Position numbers and translations under genes: made by a program. This document shows, in pieces, positions 57,389 through 64,000 of a DNA stretch of 64,000 nt. Location: NCBI GenBank assembly GCA_012295275.1, contig CM022675.1:1240001-1304000 (forward strand). Direction: 5' to 3'. Below the pieces are notes generated by a model. The model searched no databases, was not told the DNA's origin, and saw only the letters and a list, made by a program, of their open reading frames with translations. The stretch comes from Chrysomallon squamiferum (Eukaryota > Animalia > Mollusca). How positions within the stretch are numbered: position 1 is the first letter of the stretch; the number at the start of each line of letters is the position of its first letter.

Positions 57389-57982
57389 GATAAAAAATAA
57401 TAAAAATTAAGAAATAATGAAATAAAATAAAATAAAATATTTAGAATGTTTCATCACTCACTGAGATTTTTTTTTATTTTTTTTTTTTGTCTTTCTCCTT
57501 TTTCATTTACCAGCATTAATTACATGCATTATTTCTTTCGTTCTTTCTCTTTCCTTCCTTTCTTTCTTTTTCCTTCTTTCTTTCTTCTCATCTTCTTCTT
57601 ATTGTATTTAATATTATCTTAATCATCATTATTGTTGTTGCTGCTGATTCTGCTGCTGTTGTTCTAGTTATGTCGATGCTGTTGTTTATGTTGTTGTTTA
57701 TGCTGTTGTTTATGTTGTTATTAGATACTGTTACAATTGTTATAACTGTCATTACTATCAGACACACACTGACAACAGACAGAGACGGAGACAGAGAGAC
57801 AGAAAGTAAAAGAAAGACTTTCTTGAATATAATTTCGATATATATTCATATTCTCAGTATATTAAATTTTATAATTTTCTTTTGTTATTGTTGTTTTTGT
57901 TGTTTTATACCTTTGCTCTGTTTATTTGTATATTTGTTTGTTTATTTATTTGTTTATTTAGTTATTATTGTTATTATTGTTA

Positions 57983-58053
<71 letters not shown>

Positions 58054-58100
58054 TTCTATTTGGCTAGGAATAAGCCATTACAGATATAAGTTTTACAGCC

Positions 58101-58146
<46 letters not shown>

Positions 58147-58567
58147 TAAAAAAAAAAAAAAAATAATAAAATAATATAAAATAAAATAAATAAACGATAT
58201 TACAAAATGTTTAATTTTAGAGTACTTGAGTATCTGTTAAAATGTATTAAGATGTTGGATGTATTTCACAAACAATGGTGTTAACCAAAAATCTAAATAC
58301 AGTTCGCGCTTATCCTTTTAGCAGACTATTATCGTTTACCTTTCCACGAAAAAACAAACAAAACAAATCACGATAGATAAAACATAAACGGCCATTGTTA
58401 GACTAAATTTAATCATTCCTTCAATGCGTTCTTCTAGTTTCTCATTAAACGAAATTACATCATTATAGACAACACAAATATTGGACGCAGTTTCGGGACC
58501 AATTTTGGCGAAAGAGCATAAAGAGTCAGCAGAGAGACGTGTTTATTGTAGAATGTGTTTATAAATA

Positions 58568-58603
<36 letters not shown>

Positions 58604-59366
58604 ATAATAATAATAACATTAAAGTAAATAATAACAGCAATAATGCGATATATAATTTTACTTAATTTAAATAATAATAACAGTAACAACAACAACAGTA
58701 ATATTAATAATATTAAATATAAGAAGAAGAAGAATTTAAATATTATTATATTTATATTAAATAAAGGTAATGGTTTAGAATTAATTCCACACAAAAATCG
58801 ATATAAGTTCATCGATTAATCAAAACAGAACAAACACTTTTATGATGTGAAATTGATACTAATTACCGTTCACTGTGTTGGGTAATATCTCCGTGGATTT
58901 GTCCGTTGAATATTCATATTTCTGCAGTGAAAGTAAAGTCGTGTTCGAGCGTCCTACTCAAGTATGGATTCATGTTCGTGAATATTACAGTCTCGGTGTG
59001 AACTGTATTTTCATCTACTGCACGAAAGATAAGAAAGAAAAAAAAATCTAACAGAAATTGAGTTTGGTTTTATATCGTCATCTTCTCATAACAAGGTCTG
59101 TATATTTTAATTCTACGATTTGTTTTAACTGATAGCTGTTCGTGTGTATTGTAAATTAACTGGATACAAGTATGTATATGGCTATGCATGTACATGTACT
59201 TTTACGTGTATGTATGGTCACTTGATATTGAACAAACCGATACACAGAGAAACAGAAGAAAATAAAAACAATTAAAAAAAACAAAACAAGACGGATTAGA
59301 CAAAAGGACAGACAGAGATAGATGTTTGTTTACATCTATTCATGCCTTCTTTTTCATTTTTTATTA

Positions 59367-59421
<55 letters not shown>

Positions 59422-59504
59422 TTACGTAAATCAAAGAAACAAATTAAATGAACAAATAACTGTAAATAGACTGACGTATACACTGTTTGTTTGCATGCGA
59501 ATTT

Positions 59505-59745
59505 TCCAATCACCTGATGAAAACAAATAACACACCTGTATATAGGTGTTACAGGTATTATTAATTTCACGGTTCAGTACGTCACAGGTGGACAGGTGGT
59601 GTATGCTTGTTTTCATTCAAACAGAAAACTAATCGAAAAACGTTTACATAACAGATACAGAATATCCTCTAGAACTAAATGAATATATAAGAGTAGAAAT
59701 CTTCAGTATAAAATATGTCTGAGATTGGGTGCGTCATACAGGTAA
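59505..59745 (+). promoter_or_regulatory. Candidate promoter and short non-coding exon of the GPCR gene
   Basis: Four CAGGTG/CACCTG E-boxes (59511, 59533, 59585, 59593), TATATAA near 59684, donor CAG|GTAAGA at 59742; candidate acceptors at 60414 or 60655. Confidence 0.35.
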
Positions 59746-59943
59746 GAATTTACGTAAAATATGTATTTTCAGTTGTGGCATAGGTTATGAAAGCATAAAT
59801 AAAGTAATGTAAATATAATTTATAAAACAAACATCAGCATGTCGAATTTTTTGTAATCCAGTTTGTGTAAATGTTGTCAATGTTTCTAGCATGAACACGT
59901 TGAGAGCGGACGACAGCGACAACATTAACAACAACGACGACGA

Positions 59944-59974
<31 letters not shown>

Positions 59975-60029
59975 AACAACAACAATAACAATAATAATAA
60001 TAATAATAATAAGAAGAAGAAGAAGAAGA

Positions 60030-60090
<61 letters not shown>

Positions 60091-60751
60091 ATAGTAGTAG
60101 TAGTAATAGTAGTAGTAACAACAACAGTAAAAAAAAGTAATTGTTCTTGTTGGTGTTGATGCATTTATACATTTTATTTATTTATTTTTTATATTTTTGT
60201 TTTTAGGAATTTGCATTTTAATTACATAGCACATCTATACATGTTGTGTCAGATATATTAACACACACGCACACGCACATCATACATGTTGTGTCTGTTT
60301 TCAAATTTACGTATTTCGTTTTATTTATTTAATTAAAAAAAATATATATATATATATATTATTTATTTATTTATTTATTTACTTTTTTCTTTTCCGTTTG
60401 TTTTTATTTTTCAGTAAAACCAAAAGAAGAAAATCTAATAAGATGAAAAAAACAAAACATAGGTTGTTATCACATCATTACTATCTTTGTAACTAATGGA
60501 TGACAGGTGTTCGTGAAAATGGCAGTAAGTTCGATTATTATTGTGATTATTACTACCACTGCTACTGTGCTCGGTAATTACTTAGCAATCACTGACAGCT
60601 GTTTGAGAATATTTTATTATGACAAGTATTTGTAGAATTCTTTATGTTTACGCAGTACAATGTAGTCACTTGACCAATTATTAAAAACCAAGACAACAAA
60701 ACAACAACAACAACAACAACAAGAGAAATCACGATTCCGAGGAAACACAAA

Positions 60752-61723
60752 ATGAACGTCACCGCCAGTGATTCGTTAAACGAGACAGCTTTGACAAGGG
60801 GAATAACTGAGATTGCTGTTATCGGAGTTACTGAAATGGTGATCTGTCTTCTGGCGTTGCTCGGAAACGCGGCCGTGATATTCGCCATCTTGAGATGCTC
60901 GAAACTGCGCCAGGAACCGTCCAACTTGTTTCTGCTCAACTTGGCCGTCACGGATCTGCTCACGGCGCTGCTGGTCATGGTCAGCAGTTTCGCTGCCGTC
61001 GTGCACGATGGCTGGCCGTTTGGTCAGGGCTGGTGCGACATCGTCTGCGTCGTTAATTATCTCTTCATCATCGTGTCGATGTTGACGCTGTGTATGATCA
61101 GCATCGACCGTTACCAAGCAGTGACCTACCCGCTCCGCTACACGGAACACGTCACGGAAAAAAAGGTTCTGCTTGCGATCGCGTTCACGTGGCTCCAGGG
61201 TCTCGCTATTTCGGTAGTTCCCGCCTTTTTCCGCTGGATCCAGTACGACTACTGGGAGATGATATGCGCCATCGAGTGGTACGAGAACCAACAAGAGGCT
61301 GTGTATTACGTCATATTTGCCTTCGTGTCGTGTTTTTTCGCGCCGGGGGTAATTCTGTTGATTTCATACAGCCGTATTCTAAAAGTGGCTTGTCGAAAGA
61401 AACAGATCAACACGGATGCTAAAATACGATCATCGGAAAGATACAGTGCGAGCATCCGAGCGATAAACAGTCTAATTGTTGTCGTCATCATGTATGTCCT
61501 CTGCATGACGCCATTCAGCGTCACAAAACTCTATAACGTCATGGTCGACAAGAACAACATGTTGCCTAGATACACTTACGTCATAGCGAGCCTAGCCGCC
61601 TTTTTGTCCTCAGCAATCAACCCACTGATTTATGGGATTCTACGCAAAGATTTCCAAGACGCATTTGGGATTCCCCAGTTACGGAGGAAACAATCACGAA
61701 TGACATTCAATAGCCATTTTTGA
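60752..61723 (+). CDS. Class A (rhodopsin-like) 7TM GPCR, orphan, aminergic/GPR161-like architecture, 323 aa, intronless CDS
   Basis: N-terminal N-glycosylation sites (NVT, NET), GN in TM1, LAVTD in TM2, WPFG..WC, DRY, ECL2 Cys, TM5 P, NPLIY, helix 8 (RKDF); seven hydrophobic segments; AAAATG start context. Confidence 0.95.
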   Translation: MNVTASDSLNETALTRGITEIAVIGVTEMVICLLALLGNAAVIFAILRCSKLRQEPSNLFLLNLAVTDLLTALLVMVSSFAAVVHDGWPFGQGWCDIVCVVNYLFIIVSMLTLCMISIDRYQAVTYPLRYTEHVTEKKVLLAIAFTWLQGLAISVVPAFFRWIQYDYWEMICAIEWYENQQEAVYYVIFAFVSCFFAPGVILLISYSRILKVACRKKQINTDAKIRSSERYSASIRAINSLIVVVIMYVLCMTPFSVTKLYNVMVDKNNMLPRYTYVIASLAAFLSSAINPLIYGILRKDFQDAFGIPQLRRKQSRMTFNSHF

Positions 61724-62251
61724 TACGATCACACTTACGACAGCACAAAGCACGTAAATTACCAGACGTTATTCACGACACATTTAAATAATCGGGTACA
61801 TGAATGTGAAAACGTATTTGAAACAGTCGTATTAGGGTTGTACACAGAACTGAAAAACTGAATAATAATAATAATAATTATTATTATTATTATTATTATT
61901 TTACCTGTATTCGTCTGCTAGATCTGTCTATCTGTCTGTCTGTCTTTGTATGCATATAAGTATTATATGTATGTATGTATGTATGTATGCATATGTTGGT
62001 ATGTATGTATGTATTTCTGTATAGGAACATAAACACATTATTTTATTTTATAATATATATATATTCGGAATATAATCAATATTCAGAAAGTGTCTGTAAC
62101 ATAGCCTATAATTAGCAGTCAGAACTTCGACAATTTTTGTAAATGTAAAATATAACAAACACAATTATTCTTACTGTATTAATCAATAATCAGTGTCGAA
62201 GCTATTATCTTTGTAAAACGTACGTGTTTGTTGATATCTGTATTTATGTGA

Positions 62252-62357
<106 letters not shown>

Positions 62358-62359
62358 AA

Positions 62360-62403
<44 letters not shown>

Positions 62404-62584
62404 TCTGATATTCTTTCTTTCTGCTTTAAAACTTTTGGTTTTCTTTTGGAAATTCAATTCACTGATGGAAAAGTTTAATTAGATCCAACTAAATACTCAG
62501 TTACAAAACTGAAAGGTGTCGGCTGTCTTGTTTGTTTTACAAATTGGATTTTCTATGCTATTAACAAGAGTCACTTCTATCGCT

Positions 62585-62620
62585 AAATGACGTAACTGTT
62601 GACACCTGTCAATCAAATGT
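62585..62620 (+). promoter_or_regulatory. Proximal promoter motifs of the unidentified gene
   Basis: TGACGTAA (ATF/CRE-like) at 62588 and a perfect Pbx-Prep/Meis decamer TGATTGACAG on the minus strand at 62606-62615, about 90 bp before the ATG. Confidence 0.45.
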
Positions 62621-62703
62621 CGTCCGTTAAAAGGTAGGCGTGATTTACGTCCGTTACAAACACTTTCTGAGAAACACTCCGCAGGCGTCTGTTGTGATTT
62701 ACC

Positions 62704-62895
62704 ATGACCTTTGAACTCGTTCATTTGACCAGTACTCCGAAACCTCGACAAAGCAGACGGCAGTTTTTCGGCAGGAAAATGATGGGAGACATGAGCTTGG
62801 TTCACAAATGCGAATCTTTAATGGACGTCCTTCAACCGGATGCTGTTTCTCTGGATGTGACGTCACTACTCGGGGATACTTCTAACTTACTAACG
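62704..62895 (+). CDS. Exon 1 of an unidentified protein (MTFELVHLTSTPKPRQSRRQFF...LLGDTSNLLT)
   Basis: ACCATG start, 64 open codons, ACG|GTAAGA donor phase 0; promoter motifs upstream. Confidence 0.65.
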
Positions 62896-62944
62896 GTAAG
62901 AGATGTTTCGTATTTATTTATTTATTTATTTATTATTATTATTA

Positions 62945-62984
<40 letters not shown>

Positions 62985-63654
62985 TAATCTCCTTCTTCGT
63001 TTTCATCATCATTATTATCATCATCACTGTGTTACGAAATTTGTATTATTGTTCTATGCACACCTATCAGGTAGAACGCTCATTAGATTCAATCTAATGT
63101 CAGTTTATTTAATTTTCTTCGAGTACAGTTTCATGCAGAATTCACTACGCTGATGTCATGACTGACACACGCACACACACACACACACACGAACACACAC
63201 GCACACACATTCACACATACACACATCACATTCAATATATAACATAAATTAAATATGTTATTAATTTCACTACTTCTGCTATTGTTACAGTTACTTTAAC
63301 TTCTACCACCACCACCACAACTACTACTACTACTGCTATCACTACTACTACCTCTACTACTACTGATACTACTACCACTACTACTACTACTACAACTACT
63401 TCCACTACTGCTACCACTATCACTACTACTTGACACCATTATGTATATTATTATATTATTTATATAGACGCACACACATATATTTATGTATGTATGTTTG
63501 TGTTCGTATGTGTATATATGTATGCGTATATATTTACATGGATATATATTTGATTACTTCTGTATATTAAAGTTCTGTAGTATTATTACTATGTATAGAT
63601 TGATTAATTCACCACATCTATAGTTTTGAAATCAGTCGTTATTACAAACATATT

Positions 63655-63710
<56 letters not shown>

Positions 63711-63742
63711 GTATTTTAAAGATTTTAAAGATATAGAAATAG

Positions 63743-63796
<54 letters not shown>

Positions 63797-63833
63797 TAAT
63801 TAATTAATTTATTTATTTATTTTGCTTTCTCAG

Positions 63834-64000
63834 GACCTTGTTAGCGATAATAAAAAGACGACATCAGAAACGTTGTCAAGAAACCAATGCACGAACATAA
63901 ACCTAACGAGCGAACTACGACAGCAGGTGAACAACAAACTTCAGTTCGAGCTCAGTGAGGAGTGTTCGAGAAAAGACGAAATTTTGACGAAAGTCGGAAA
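63834..64000 (+). CDS. Exon 2 (partial) of the unidentified protein (DLVSDNKKTTSETL...DEILTKVG)
   Basis: ctttctcag acceptor at 63833; open in phase 0 to the window end. Confidence 0.65.

Noticed and set aside
60776-61524. Overlapping ORFs 60776..61294(-), 61090..61422(+) and 61306..61524(-)
   Set aside because: Shadow frames of the GC3-rich GPCR CDS.

Overview
Eukaryotic, AT-rich, microsatellite-saturated invertebrate genomic DNA; it looks molluscan/lophotrochozoan, which is inferred from gene families and repeat style, not proven. Most entries in the ORF track are translations of simple repeats. By splicing exons by hand I can support four genes: (1) a minus-strand DEG/ENaC (ASIC/FaNaC-family) channel with six coding exons in the window (29000 down to 389, continuing off the left edge), a 24.4-kb first coding intron and an apparent 1-nt frameshift in exon 2; (2) a complete 8-exon plus-strand METTL24-like methyltransferase (44453-52770, 364 aa); (3) an orphan class A GPCR with an intronless CDS (60752-61723); (4) the first two exons of an unidentified plus-strand gene (62704 to the window end). 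A weaker fifth candidate is a small signal-anchor gene on the minus strand (about 41116-42392), head-to-head with METTL24. The most striking unexplained pattern is that several minisatellites are tandem amplifications of real exon boundaries (donor, two acceptors, branch point, stop codon), producing arrays of decoy splice signals. There is also a ~550-bp inverted repeat pair 8.3 kb apart inside the long intron, and an excess of CRE/bZIP palindromes.
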